From Eledone cirrhosa (Eukaryota): a DNA stretch of 64,000 nucleotides. The stretch is from assembly GCA_964016885.1 (NCBI GenBank), contig OZ024743.1:267964001-268028000 (forward strand), given 5' to 3'. Positions within the stretch are counted from its first letter, which is position 1, and each line of letters opens with the position of its first letter. Of this stretch, positions 31,207-46,782 are shown piece by piece. The translations under genes and the position numbers were made by a program. The notes below the pieces were generated by a model. The model ran no database searches and was not told where the DNA came from. It was given only the letters and a program-made list of their open reading frames with translations.

Positions 31207-31425
31207 TGAAGTAATTCCGTCGGAAAAGTCCAGGAAAAAAGAGTTCTCTATGTAGGTAACAGAGCTTAATAAACAACATAAAGCAATTATTCCATTTTCC
31301 ACATATACATATATACAACCATTGTTGTATATATGTATGTATGGATGTGTTGATATTTATGTGCGTGTGTATATATGTGTATATGTATGTGTATGTGTGT
31401 ATATATGTGTGTGTATGTATGAGTG

Positions 31426-31476
<51 letters not shown>

Positions 31477-31716
31477 ATGTATTCTTGTGTGTGTGTGTGT
31501 GCGTGTTTGTGTGTGTGTTTGCATGTGTGGTTTTCTTCTATTTTTCCTTTCCTTCTTCTTTCTCCAGCCTCACTTTCATATAGATTGCATTTTTGTTTTT
31601 TAAAATCCAAATTCAATAAACAGACCAGGATTTTTTCATTCTGAGGATTGAAAGCAAAATCATTTGCTTTTAAGAAACCACTGGTAAATGGAATAATTGC
31701 CTTATGTTGTTTATTA
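31207..31716. mobile_element. Fold-back cassette with intact HHR at 31635-31692 (+)
   Basis: ttcatt-CTGAGGA-ttgaaagcaaa atca tttgcttttaa-GAAA-ccactgg-TA-aatgga. Arms ~31268-31298/31686-31716, tail 31207-31267. Confidence 0.8.
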
Positions 31717-31936
31717 CATAACTATATATATATATATATATAACGAAGGAAATGTTGTAAGGAACCAGATGGACCATAACGCACCAAAGTACTCAATACT
31801 TAGGGCAGTAGAGTGGGTAATAGGAACGAGTAGGACCCCGACGGCTGAGCTCAAGCCGTTTTGACGGCTAATTCTGGACTAAATGAACATTTTTATCCTG
31901 GTACATGAAAAGCCAGCTTCTCAGGGGTTAATTCTA

Positions 31937-32925
31937 TCTATATATATAAAACTGTGGTTGTCTGTCTGTCTATCGATTTTTGGCACACATCTCCTCTTAG
32001 AATCTCTCACGGAATTGCACCGAAATTGCTATACTTGTACATTGAGCCCTAGCGAAGACATCGGAAAAAAAATATTTCAAATTGACCCACCCTATGTGAC
32101 GAAATCGAATATAATGTATCGATTTTTGAGCGTAAGTTATCAGTTATTTCCCTTTGTTCTGTTTACATTGAGCGTCTTACGTAAAAAATTACGCTGGCTT
32201 TCTCAGCGTTTAAAATGACATTAACACAATACACGAACAGACAGTTGTCGAGCCAGCAAAATATTGACCTGCAAAATTCATCAGTTCGAACACTAAGCTT
32301 CCGTTTTGCTTCATTTCCATTTAAAAGCATTTTAAAACAATATTTTTACTTGAAAACAAGTCTATTTAAAAACTACGTAAAACAAGCAAATAGTTCGTCG
32401 TTAGGCGTGCAGACAGACAGTCGTGCAGACAGACATTCATGCAGAGAGGTGATATAGGCGTGCAGACAGACAGTCGTGCAGAGAGGTGATATAGGCGTGC
32501 AGACAGACAGTCGTGCAGAGAGGTGATATAGGCGTGCAGACAAACAGTCGTGCAGAGAGGTGATATAGGCGTGCAGACAGACAGTCGTGCAGAGAGGTGA
32601 TATAGGCGTGCAGACAGACATAACTGATAATTTGGTTACGCTAATGTTTTTCTCTGCGTTGCAGTGTTTACATTTTCGATCTTTGTTAATAAATAACCAG
32701 TGCAGTTTTTATCCCCAGCATCCTCTTTTGTTATAACATTCGGGTTATCGTTATGTTTTCTTAACTTCATAAGGCATATTGTTGGTTGAGGGAATATTAA
32801 TCAAAAACACCACATGCAAGTCTGCACAGTAGACACTACAGTTTTTAAGCCAAAAAAGAAACTTAACATTGTAACTTTAACACAGCTACTGAGCGACCCC
32901 GAGCAACGCCGGGCTTTACTGCTAG
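31937..32925 (+). mobile_element. Non-autonomous Helitron
   Basis: 5' TCtatatatataaaa followed by a (CTGT)n patch; 3' hairpin cccgagcaacgccggg (32898-32913) then CTAG; inserted between A and T with no TSD; internal minisatellite. Confidence 0.8.
32402..32620. repeat. ~35-37-bp minisatellite inside the Helitron
   Basis: taggcgtgcagacagacagtcgtgcagagaggtgata repeated about 5-6 times. Confidence 0.9.
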
Positions 32926-35118
32926 TATATGATAAAAGTGATTAACACAAGGATTGTTTAAAAGTTTGTTGTTGAGACACATAATTCTATCATGGCAATT
33001 TGTGGAAGGAATGGTTAGCTGAACTTGCCAGTAGAAGAAAGAGGGAGTGGGAGTGGAGGAAACCCAGTCGTGTGTTGATAGTGCCAACTGCAGCAGAATC
33101 CTAAGGATAAGAGGTCAAGAGAGGGGGAGGGGGAGGAAGTCGTAACAATAAGTAAATCAATATGGAGTAAATATATAGAAGAATAATAAGAATGTTAAAA
33201 ATATTTAAAAAAAAAAAAAAATTCTGATTACTATTCCCCTACCACAATCATCAAGTCTCTCACTGGTACTGCTAAACTATAGAAAAGTTCAATAGTGGGA
33301 CGGAATACTAAATACGAGATTGTAGTGAAATAATTTTATGAGTTAGTAGTAATCGTCCAAATCTATCTTACAGTGATAGGTCAACAAGTAGGGGGCCAAA
33401 ATACTAAAGAAACTACTACGAAATAATAATTCAGAGTCCCGAAACTAATACGAAATAATAATTCAGAATCCCGAAAATGAATATTAATACGATATATAAG
33501 AGTACCGATACGATACATAAATTCTAATATAAACTACATAAATGCTCGTGCGATATATATGAAAAATTTAATACGAAATATTAATTCAGAATCCCCCCTA
33601 ATCCCCCCCCCCCAAAAAAAAAAAATTACTGATATACGAGAAACTAAAGCAGAGATACCACTAAGAAATCTAGAAAATACGGAAATGGGGCAGCAATCGG
33701 ATACGAAAGCAAGTATCTGGGGTCTATCACATATGCCACAAAAAGCGGAGTCGGCCAATTCTATCATAGAGTAGGGGATGGGGGTGGGGGCACTGAGGCT
33801 ATAAAGGACCGAAGGGCTGCCTCGGGGTGAGCGAGAAAGTGAAAAGGACGACGACATAGAAGGAGAACTGGGGTGGAAGGACTAGTAAGGGATGGGGGGG
33901 GGGGGTAGAAGGAAATATAGAGGAAACGATAAAAATATATAAGAAAATCTTACGTCTACCTTTGCAAGCAGGGGTTACCCATTACAAATTCGGCAAGTAG
34001 GGTGTTACAGCCCTAGTCTACCCGCCCCCGGGTCATTATGGGGTTTGAGGGCGAGGTAAGTCCTACGCAATCTGTGTTTTCATGCAGTTACCAGTTCGTC
34101 TTTCTTGTTTAGGAGTTGGTCCGTCGAAAACACCATTTGTAATGTTTCCTACGAGCATAAATTAGACGGACGGCGTCCTCCCGTGTAAGAGTTGGCTCTG
34201 GACATTAAGCTCCAAGTGAGATCATAGGTTATATTGTTATCTTTGAGGTCCCAGATGTGGCCTGAAAGTGTGGTGGCGTGACGCCGGGCCGGGTTTCGGA
34301 AAGCATGTCTGTATTGGTATAGCCGGGTCTTGAAGTCACAAGCGGTTAATCCTATATAAGCTTTGTTGGAGGTGTCCGTCCTCACGTCGCACTGGTAGAT
34401 CACATTACGATCTCTGCATCTGTTGTCGAGGGGGCAAATGGATCCATCAGGACAGTTGCACCTTCTGGTCGGCTCTCCACTGCTATTTAGGTTATTTCTT
34501 CCATAGGGGTTGAGTTTTTGTTGTTAGAGGAGACGATGTTTTGTGCAAAGTTAGGTGTGGTGCTGTAGGAGAGTTTGATGGTATTTTTGTTGATTATGTT
34601 GTGGTAGCGGTCTTTTAATGGGAAGTGTTTTTCGATGAGCCTAAAGAACATTTTACCGATAGGTGTTGTCACCTGGGCCTTGTGGGGAGGATTGAACCAT
34701 GTTACGTTGCGTGAGCGGCGGTGTCGCCTGCTGGTTCCGCTAATGGAGACTGGACAGTAAGATATTTTCTCCCAGAAGCCACTCCGCTTGAGGGCCTGGT
34801 TGTAATAAGGCGCATGTTCCTCGAATATCTGCTCATTAGCGGACAAACGAGATATGCGGAGGGAGATGTTTTTAACCAGGTTAATGGTGAAGTTTCTAGG
34901 ATGGTTTTACCGGCGGTGGATGTAGTGCAGGTTGTCGTTAGGTTTCCTGTATGGGTAGTACAGGTCATTATCGAGGTCAAGGGTAACGTCCAGGAAGTTT
35001 AGTCGGGTTAGGGACGTTTGTAGGGTTATTGTTAATCCCCAGTCGCGGAAGAAGCTGATTAATTGTTTACGGACCCGGTCCAAACGGCTTGTACTCGACC
35101 GTCGGGGTCCTACTCGTT

Positions 35119-35230
<112 letters not shown>

Positions 35231-35252
35231 AATATATATATATATGTATATG

Positions 35253-35822
<570 letters not shown>

Positions 35823-35849
35823 ATATTGTATATTTCTATATATTGTATA

Positions 35850-36536
<687 letters not shown>

Positions 36537-36681
36537 ATATATATATATCTTATATATATATATATATAATATATATTAATATAAATTTATTAAAATAACA
36601 AATTAAAGTTTAAGCAAAGAATCACATTTGCAACAACATTTACATAAACGTATAAACATATTTTCGTTTATATCTATCTAT

Positions 36682-36723
<42 letters not shown>

Positions 36724-36745
36724 CTTATATCAAAGTTTAATGGGC

Positions 36746-36870
36746 TTCCACTGATGATTTATAAACGCCCACCTAAATATATTCTTACATGAATGTATAT
36801 TAGGCTTCTACATAAACTGGAAATATTCTCCGAATTTGTAGAACACTTATAATGAAACAATTGTTTGGAA
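36746..36870 (+). ncRNA. Type I hammerhead with 96-nt branched stem II, intact core
   Basis: ttcca-CTGATGA-tttataa...ttataat-GAAA-caattg-TT-tggaa. Internal hairpins ccta..tagg and ttctaca..tgtagaa. Confidence 0.8.
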
Positions 36871-37193
36871 AGAGAGATATATTTTAACTTTAATTATATC
36901 TCATAAAATAATACAACTGGCTTTTCCACATAATACATATTGTTAGCACCCCAAACACTTAAATTGGGTTTATATTAAAATATAACCTAATGTTTGTTGA
37001 CTGAGATGGTTACCAGTCAGAGATTAGCTTTAAACTATCTCTGTTATTGTATTAATATTATATATATATATATATATATAAACACCATGCATATTTCTGT
37101 TAAACCGTCGGTAACAGCAAAGAACAGCTGAATATTTAAATCGTTTTTTAATTTATTTAAAAGATTGTTTGATAATTGCTTGCTCCGCTCATT

Positions 37194-37227
<34 letters not shown>

Positions 37228-37295
37228 AAAAAAGATGAAATCGAAAATGCAACTGGAGTCTTATTTAATAACAAATATATATATTTATTTGGTTC

Positions 37296-37331
37296 CTTTA
37301 CCGGTTTCGCAGTTCTTCTGCTTTTCAAAAG
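37296..37331 (-). ncRNA. Minimal hammerhead with U3-A8 variant core (family C)
   Basis: ctt-TTGAAAA-gcag aagaa ctgc-GAAA-ccgg-TA-aag; palindromic ACCGGT; homologous degenerate copy at ~25866-25955. Confidence 0.65.
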
Positions 37332-37358
37332 TAGAGATGAGATGGAGTGTCTGTGGTT

Positions 37359-37408
<50 letters not shown>

Positions 37409-37612
37409 ATATATATAATTATATTTATTTATTTATATGTGATAACAAGTTATCGTTATAGGTAATCCAGTTAGATGTAATCCTGCCGTCGGGGTCATAC
37501 ATTTTCCTATATACATGTTTATATACGTATATATTTATTTATATATATATATATATCCATTTTATATACATATATATATACATTTTTATATATATACATT
37601 TATATATATATA

Positions 37613-37716
<104 letters not shown>

Positions 37717-37735
37717 ATATATATTTATATGTATA

Positions 37736-37778
<43 letters not shown>

Positions 37779-37944
37779 GTACTATGGGAGGGTCATATTG
37801 TTGTAATAATATGGCCGGAATTAATAACAGAACCCACCCACTGTTTGGTTGGCTTTCACTTCTGCATCTTTTATATCTGTTAATTTATTAGGCTCTCGAT
37901 GATTACCATTGACTGACCAATGGTCCAAAAATACAGATATAATA

Positions 37945-39650
37945 CACCGTGTAACAAAAAAAAATATTTCTTTAATCCTGGCTAAAATCACTTTTGTGTT
38001 GCTTAGGTCCCAAATAAATAAATAAAAATGCTATTAAACAGTTAAAAGTTTTGGTTTGTAAAAATTCTAAGCTATTCACTAGAATTATTTGTATGCTGGA
38101 TGTTACGTTGTATGTAAGTTTAATTTGCTTATGTTAAATGATTTTTTAATATATTTTTCAGGTTGCATTAAAATTATAAAATAAAGAGCTAAAGAAAATT
38201 ATAAAAGTGCAATAAAGTATAAAATTGTTAAAATTGTTAAAGAGATTTATTGATACTGGATTTTCGCACCCTGAATAAAGGGTAAGTTGTGTTTTAAGTA
38301 TTCATCTCCAGGATGAAGCAGTGGAACTTGGTCAAGGAGGAAGTGCAGGTGACAAGTCATAGAAGTCGACACAAACCTTTCTCAGGCTTTTACACTCTTA
38401 GGGATGGCCTCTGCTTCTGCCATGGCGTGCATGGACTGTTTGACGTTATTGGGGTGCCGTTTGTGCCAAGGAGTGGCATGTATTTATAGACAGCTCTACC
38501 ACAAGTTTGAAGGCTGTCCTCCTCCACACTGGAAACAAGTTCCCGACACTGCCCCTGGCTCATTCAGTCTGCCTGAAGGAAGATTACTACAGTGTGAAAG
38601 TCCTCTTGGAAGCTCTGCAATACAACCAGTACAATTGTAAATCATTGGAGACTTCAAGATTGTGGCTTTCCTGATTGGACTCCAAGGAGGCTTTATCAAA
38701 TTCCAATGCTTTCTCTGCCTTTGGGACAGCAGAGCCACCTCTGACCATTACAAAAGAAAGAATTTGTAGTTGGGACCCGGAACGTCATGTGGGAGCCACT
38801 GGTTGATCCCAGGATTGTACTCATGCCGCCACTGCACATTAATTTGGGTTGATGAAGCAGCTTGTGAAGGCTCTCAACCAAGAATCAGCCGCTGTTAAGT
38901 ACCTTCTTGATTTCTTCCCCAAGTTATCTGAGGCCAAAATCAAAGGTGGAATTTTTGTTTGACCTCAGATAAAGAAGGTGTTTGAGTCTAGCGAGTTCTC
39001 CAATAACCTCAATAGGATTGAGATAACAGCATGGAACTGTTTCAAGGCAGTTGTTAAGGGCTTCCTGGGCAACTACACAGCTGAAAACTATCAGCAACTG
39101 GTGCAGGATCTGATAAAGGGTTTTTGCGCCATGGGATGCAGGATGTCGCTTAAACTCCATATCTTGGACGCTCACCTGGAAAAATTCAAGGACAATATGG
39201 GCGCCTGCTTAGAAGAAAAAGGCGAAAGATTCCACAAAAATATAAAAGACATAGAGCGGAGGTACCAGGGCCACTACAATGAAATAATAATGGGGGACTA
39301 TATCTGGGGGCTAGTGCGGGAATGCGACATGGACTACAACCGCAAATCCAGGAAATCCAGTCATTTCTGACGTGTATAAGCTGCTTTATAAGTGTTATTT
39401 GATTTTACTTGTTTGCTTTTGATAAACTTGAGTAATAAAATAAATATATACTCTGCTGATTTAATTATATGAACTGATAAATTAAAAAAAATATGTTTTT
39501 TCTTGTAAAATATTAAAATTTTGAAATATCAAACTCCTCACCAAAAACCCAAACTTCTGATTAAATATTGGTGTTTCTTTATAATGATGGCATATAACAC
39601 ACCAGAAAATAATACTTAGAACCAGGGAACAACAAATATGTTTCCCGGTG
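37945..39650 (+). mobile_element. Internally deleted, decayed Chapaev3-like DNA transposon
   Basis: TIR-like ends caccgtgtaaca / tgtttcccggtg. Transposase fragments GDFKIVAFLIGLQGGFIKFQCFLCLWDSRA, MPPLHINLG, MSLKLHILDAHL..EKGERFH..ERRYQG..MGDYIW. Superfamily call is from recalled motif similarity. Confidence 0.7.
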
Positions 39651-39804
39651 TTATAGACACAAACAAATATACATAGTCTAACAAAATTCTTTCGTTGCAC
39701 ATCTGCAACATCATCAGTCGTACTATTATGTTCCTCCTGTTGTATTGTATATCTACGCCATCTTTATTTAATCTGTTTATTTATTTATTTATTTACGTTT
39801 CTGC

Positions 39805-39851
<47 letters not shown>

Positions 39852-39998
39852 CTAGCATCGATCGTAAAGCAGTGAAGTATATTTCTAATGAGTTGAATTT
39901 TTACCTCATTGTTTTAACTTACATCATCACTCTGTTTTCCTTTTGATGTTTTATAGTTTACCGGGATTTATTTTAACCTACAACATTTTCTATATATA

Positions 39999-40127
<129 letters not shown>

Positions 40128-40269
40128 TTATATATATATTTATATATAAGTTTTAATATAGATGAGATTCTGCAGGACTAGAAGTGTTTCATTCTTTAGA
40201 AATCATCAGGAATATAAAAATATACTTATATATATATATATGTATAAAATTATATATATATATATATAT

Positions 40270-40438
40270 ATTTATTAAAATAACATTAAAGTTTAAGCAA
40301 AGAATCGCTGCTTTCACCCTTAACGGGATCTTCTGAAACTAACAAAGTCAATCTGTAAACGCAGAACTGGATATTTCAAAAAACGTTGCAACCGGAGGAA
40401 GACAGGAAGACGATACTTTGGTTCGTGGTAACGTTCGC
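40270..40438 (-). mobile_element. Family B cassette fragment with variant HHR (40290-40340)
   Basis: Reverse complement of ~26300-26470; between (TA)n tracts. Confidence 0.8.
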
Positions 40439-40453
40439 TCTATATACATATAC

Positions 40454-40528
<75 letters not shown>

Positions 40529-40536
40529 TATATATA

Positions 40537-40630
<94 letters not shown>

Positions 40631-40650
40631 TATATATTTATATATATATA

Positions 40651-40693
<43 letters not shown>

Positions 40694-40694
40694 G

Positions 40695-43600
40695 ATATTA
40701 ACAAATGGAAACTATATTTATAAAACCATATTTATTTCATGATACATATTTCAAGGACACCATGTTAAATTATGGTGTGCTTCCATCAGATAAAATATAA
40801 TATAGATCAGTTTTATAAATAAATATTGACAGACCCTTAAAAAATGCAACCATTACTGTTGGAAGCTCCCGGATAGTGGAGTTGAAGCTTAATTATATTA
40901 TTATTAGTATTGGATATTTTTATTTTTAAAATAAGCCGTTGGGTTACGGAGAAAGAGAAAGATAAAGAAGGAGAGAGAGAAAAGAGAGAGAGAGAGAGAT
41001 AAAAGAGAGAGATAGAGACCAAAATAACAGAGAGAGAAAGATATATATAGAGAAAGAGGAGACAGAGAGAAGGGAAGAGAACGAAAAAGTCATATCTTGT
41101 TGAGTTAACTTAACAATTGTGATGAAAGAATAAATAAAATTAGAAATGTTAATAATCATGAATGGAATATACATATATAATATGAGAAATTAACCATTGT
41201 TTAAATATGATTAGATGTTTAGTTAATCATTTAAAAATTGGGATCTATATATTAAGAAATCCATTATTACTAGAGAACTACATATCATATAACACGTATA
41301 CACACGCAAAAATACATATAAATATATATACACACTTATAAAATACATATACATATCTAACTACGTATATAATATATACACACAAAACATAAAGGATTCT
41401 TTAATTTAATTTAAGATATAGGAATCTTATAAAATGTTATAAGTGTTAAGATATTAAAGGAAATTTTATGTTATACACACTTTATGTTATTAAACAAATT
41501 TTTTTAATATAAGTTTTATAAGATTACCTGTTATGTATTTATGGCTGTTATTATATGTATATCTGTCACGAATCTTGGGATAATCACTATACATAAGTGC
41601 AATCAAATTGTATGGATATACACGCAAATGTATATACACAATTCCCACATATACATATATATATATATGTACCCTCAACCAATAGGTAGATACGCATCAC
41701 GTATACATATACATACAGATAGACATACATTCATAAAAACGCATAAAACATATGTACATGTATGTCAATACATATATATATATATACTCACATATAGAGA
41801 GAAGTATATATAAATACAGTACATAGTATAATTGAGTACATAAAATACAAAATAATTATATTACAATTTGGAAATATAACTATAAGCAATATAACTTTAA
41901 AAACAATACAATTTAAAAATATTATAGAATATTTTAAGTTATAATTTCAAAATAATAGTATGTTTAATAGATTTAGTATAGAAATTTATTTTACGTATAT
42001 TTAACTTAAAATTTTGAAAGGATAAACTTTCGAAAGTAGGAGAAGCTATCAGAACAATAAAAAACAAAACAAAATAAAACAAAAAAAAACAATAAAAAAA
42101 TAAGAAATAAGAAATATATTCTCATTTCAAGAGCTCTCAATATATTTCTCTAGAATAGTTTATTATATTTATACTTATTTATATTTAGGAAGAAAAGTTA
42201 TTTTTACTTGAGTGTATAATCAGTCAAAAAAAAAAAAAAAGATGAAGGAATCTAATGATTTATTGACAGGTTTAATATATTAATACAATTAATTAATTAA
42301 TTATATACTACATTTTAAATTTATATTTATATTTAAACGTTGAGTTTAATCTATGTCTGCAGCAACTGAATAAATTATTTCTTAGGTTCAGGGAATTTTT
42401 GGTATCTAATATAAAGAATATTTCCTCAATAAAAAGATCGCAATTTTCTGAAGAGGAGTTAAAAGGAGTAGCTTTTGAAATAATATTCCAAATCAACGAA
42501 TATTCAACGTTCTTTAGTTTAGGACCCATAATAGGCTAGATAGAGAAGTTGAAGACTTTTTGTTTGGATCTGAAAATTAATTTTTATGATTATTGAAGCG
42601 GGATTTAAACTCTGTGGAAGTAGATCCCACATAATTAAATGAATTTAAATTAGTTTTTACATTACATTTACTACATTTTTAGCTAAGCAATTGTTATTTA
42701 ACGGACAGTTAGATTTATTTCTACAGTTACATTTATCAAAATGGATATTGCTTGGGTTATTATTGGTATTTTGGTTAGGTTTTAAATTTCTATTATTAAT
42801 TCTATTAATATTTTGCGCTAAATTTTTGGTGGAAGAATAAGTTAATTTTATAGTATGTCTATTAAAAATTGAGTAATATCTATGTGTTCTAGAGAAGCAT
42901 TTGTCAAGAGCTTTAAAAAATAGTTTAGCAATAGGGGTTTTAATATTTAATGAGAAAAAGGAAGCGAACCATAATATGTTCCTAGTTCTATTTCTTTTTC
43001 GGCTTTCGGAATTAATGTAAGGTTTTCTATTATAGTTGTTAAAATTGTTACGATTATGGTTAGTTGTTATATTATTATTATTATCGATGTATTTTATTTT
43101 ATTTCCATACCCAGCTCTACCTAACGCTTCGTTGTAATAATGTGCTTTTTCATCAAATATATTCTTATTAGCTGAAATTCTCGAAATTCGTTCGTGTACA
43201 GAGCTCACTATAGTATTTTTAACGGATCTGGGGTGACTAGAGTTAAAATTGACATAATTTAAGTTCTCATTTAGTTTGTGAAATGGATAATGAAGACATG
43301 TGTTAAGATTTAGTGTTACATCTAGAAAATTAACTATTTTATGGTTATTCTCTATTTCTACTTTTAGATTAAGGTAATTAAAAAATTGTATAATTTGTTT
43401 TCTTTTTCTATTTAGTTCACAGTTATTATTTTCTATAAGTAAAAGCATGTCGTCACGATATAAACCTCCGGTTATCTCAGGTATTTTTCTATGTAGAGAA
43501 TTAATTATAAATAGGCCCACAAGATCCGTTACCTGAGCGGAATCGGATGATCCCATAGTGATGTCGAAATTGTTATTTCTATCTGCCCTAGTCCAGAGTT

Positions 43601-44090
43601 GGTTATTAAATTCTATTATGTTTTCCGTGCCGATAATATAATGTGCATTTCATTGCTAGTTAGGTCTGTATGTTTAAATGCGTAAGTTAGTGCCTTATTC
43701 TGTAGGTTAGGAGTGATAGATGAGTAATAGTTAGCAATATCCAATTGAATAAACTTATTATTATAGTTATATTTAATTTCTTTAAATCAATCGATAACTT
43801 CACTAGTTCCTTTCCATAATTTAAAACAAGATAAATTCTTAATTTGTGGTATTATTCTGTCTAAAATATTTTTGCTAAGTCTGCCAAGGTCCGATTTAGA
43901 TGGTGCAATTAATCTGACTGGTAAATCAGTTTCGAAGTTCCTTTTATGATCCTTCATATTAATCTTAGGTTTCCTTGGCATGAAGGGTTGTGTCCTATTT
44001 TCAATGCCTAGTTCATGCATTATATAAGAGGCATCTGTATTCAATTTGTCATGGTCGTCTTTATTCGCTACTATGTATTTCTTCCTTAAT
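40695..44090 (-). mobile_element. Penelope-like element (Naiad-type): RT + GIY-YIG remnant, ~1.6-kb 3' UTR ending in family A HHR region
   Basis: [28 protein letters not shown]; MGSSDSAQVTDLVGL..GLYRDDML..NFLDVTLNL; linker CNCRNKSNCPLNNNC; YVGSTSTEFKSRFNNH. Coding ~42308-44090 with stops and frameshifts; truncated by (TA)n. Confidence 0.9.
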
Positions 44091-44700
<610 letters not shown>

Positions 44701-44703
44701 GTA

Positions 44704-45568
44704 CAGTTCCTGTACACAGCTAAGTATTCTATAAGTCTCTAGCTGTGTCATTCTCGATAAAAGCACTGGATATGTAGTCCTGATGAATTCTAACAAGAAT
44801 GAAACGCGTAGATTACTTCCCTTGCTTTTATCGAGAATCTAATTGTAATACGTGACGTATTCTATTCTATAGCGATTAGGTCTTCAAAATGTTTATTATA
44901 AACATACAGAATATTTTCGAATATTCTATGTCTATATTCACATATATATCGCTATTTCAGAGCATTTATTCCAATTTCTAATTTCTGCCGGACCGGCAAC
45001 CGCTCTTTCAAACCAGTTCCTGTACACAGCTAAGTATTCTATAAGTCTCTAGCTGTGTCATTCTCGATAAAAGCACTGGATATGTAGTCCTGATGAATTC
45101 TAACAAGAATGAAACGCGTAGATTACTTCCCTTGCTTTTATCGAGAATCTAATTGTAATACGTGACGTATTCTATTCTATAGCGATTAGGTCTTCAAAAT
45201 GTTTATTATAAACATACAGAATATTTTCGAATATTCTATGTCTATATTCACATATATATCGCTATTTCAGAGCATTTATTCCAATTTCTAATTTCTGCCG
45301 GACCGGCAACCGCTCTTTCAAACCAGTTCCTGTACACAGCTAAGTATTCTATAAGTCTCTAGCTGTGTCATTCTCGATAAAAGCACTGGATATGTAGTCC
45401 TGATGAATTCTAACAAGAATGAAACGCGTAGATTACTTCCCTTGCTTTTATCGAGAATCTAATTGTAATACGTGACGTATTCTATTCTATAGCGATTAGG
45501 TCTTCAAAATGTTTATTATAAACATACAGAATATTTTCGAATATTCTATGTCTATATTCACATATATA
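44704..45568 (+). mobile_element. Tandem array of a 310-nt hammerhead-containing unit (~2.8 copies), non-LTR-retrozyme-like
   Basis: Units start at 44704, 45014 and 45324 and look identical by eye; each contains an intact HHR; flanked by (TA)n. Confidence 0.9.
44774..44816 (+). ncRNA. Minimal type I hammerhead ribozyme (copies at 45084-45126 and 45394-45436)
   Basis: gtagtc-CTGATGA-attct aaca agaat-GAAA-cgcg-TA-gattac; palindromic helix III ACGCGT; predicted cleavage after GUA (44810, 45120, 45430). Confidence 0.9.
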
Positions 45569-45614
45569 TATATGTTTATATATATATATTTATATATATA
45601 TATGTTTATATATA

Positions 45615-45698
<84 letters not shown>

Positions 45699-45705
45699 AT
45701 ATATA

Positions 45706-46148
45706 CAATATATTAGTAAATGGAAACTATATTTATAAAACCATAATTATTTTTTTATATATATTTCAAGGGCAGCCAAGGTAAATTATAGTGCGATTTA
45801 ATCAGATAAAATACAGAATTGTTTTATAAATAAATATTGACAAACCCTGAGAAAAGACAACCTCAACGGTTGAAATTCGCGGGATAGCGAATTTCAACTA
45901 TCCAGCGAATTTCAACAGTTGAGTTTTTCTCTTTTCCAGGTATGTCAATATTTATTTTATCTGATGAAAGCGCACCATAATTTACCTTGTTTGCCCTTGA
46001 AATATATATAATAAAATGATAATGGTTTTATAAATATAGTTTCCATTTAGTAATATATTGAATATTTACTCCACTAACTTGTTGAGTGCTTTATTACAGT
46101 TATAAAAATGTTTTAATCTTGTTGAATCCCAACAAATTAAATATAACA
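45706..46148. mobile_element. Family A fold-back cassette with intact HHR ~45954-46017 (+)
   Basis: Arms 45706-~45870 / ~45905-46060, tail 46061-46148. attttat-CTGATGA-aagcgca..tgccctt-GAAA-tatata-TA-ataaaat. Confidence 0.85.
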
Positions 46149-46153
46149 TATGC

Positions 46154-46228
<75 letters not shown>

Positions 46229-46232
<4 letters not shown>

Positions 46233-46782
46233 TTGTAATAAAATGAAAACGAAATTTCATTTCTCACTCTTAGTACGGCACTTACTTAAATGCAAGTATG
46301 TATGTATACGTACATACATATATGTATACAGACGTACAGTAGCATGCATATACAGGTACACATACATATATGTACGTATCGGTTTAGTGGACGGTTATTA
46401 TAACGCCCGCTTTGTTCGTTTGTAAACAAACTGAACAGCCTGAATTTATGCCGTACGGTGTTAAGGCAACCACGTCACCTTTTTGTTCAACACTGACACA
46501 GGAACGATGTACTAGTTTCAAGTTTGTTAGCTATCATCAGCACCGTATACCCTTCTGCCAGATGGTTGAACGTTCGAAAGTATATACTTTCCTTATGAAA
46601 ATTAACGGCTGAGCAGCCCAATTTGCATATCGAGTGAGTTCTATCGGCCAGGCGTACCGAAAACGATAAGTTGTAATAAAATGAAAACGAAATTTCATTT
46701 CTCACTCTTAATACGGCACTTACTTAAATGCAAGTATGTATGTATACGTACATACATATATGTATACAGACGTGCAGTAGTA

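Noticed and set aside
32402-32620. 35-37-bp repeats resembling a CRISPR array
   Set aside because: Head-to-tail minisatellite with no unique spacers, inside a Helitron in eukaryotic DNA; no cas genes.
43780-43795. In-frame TGA codons in Naiad-type PLE remnants (also ~22188) as possible selenocysteine
   Set aside because: Both fall at positions where Trp is expected (IDWFK, KWDII), not Cys. The elements have other stops and frameshifts, and the linker cysteines are normal codons.
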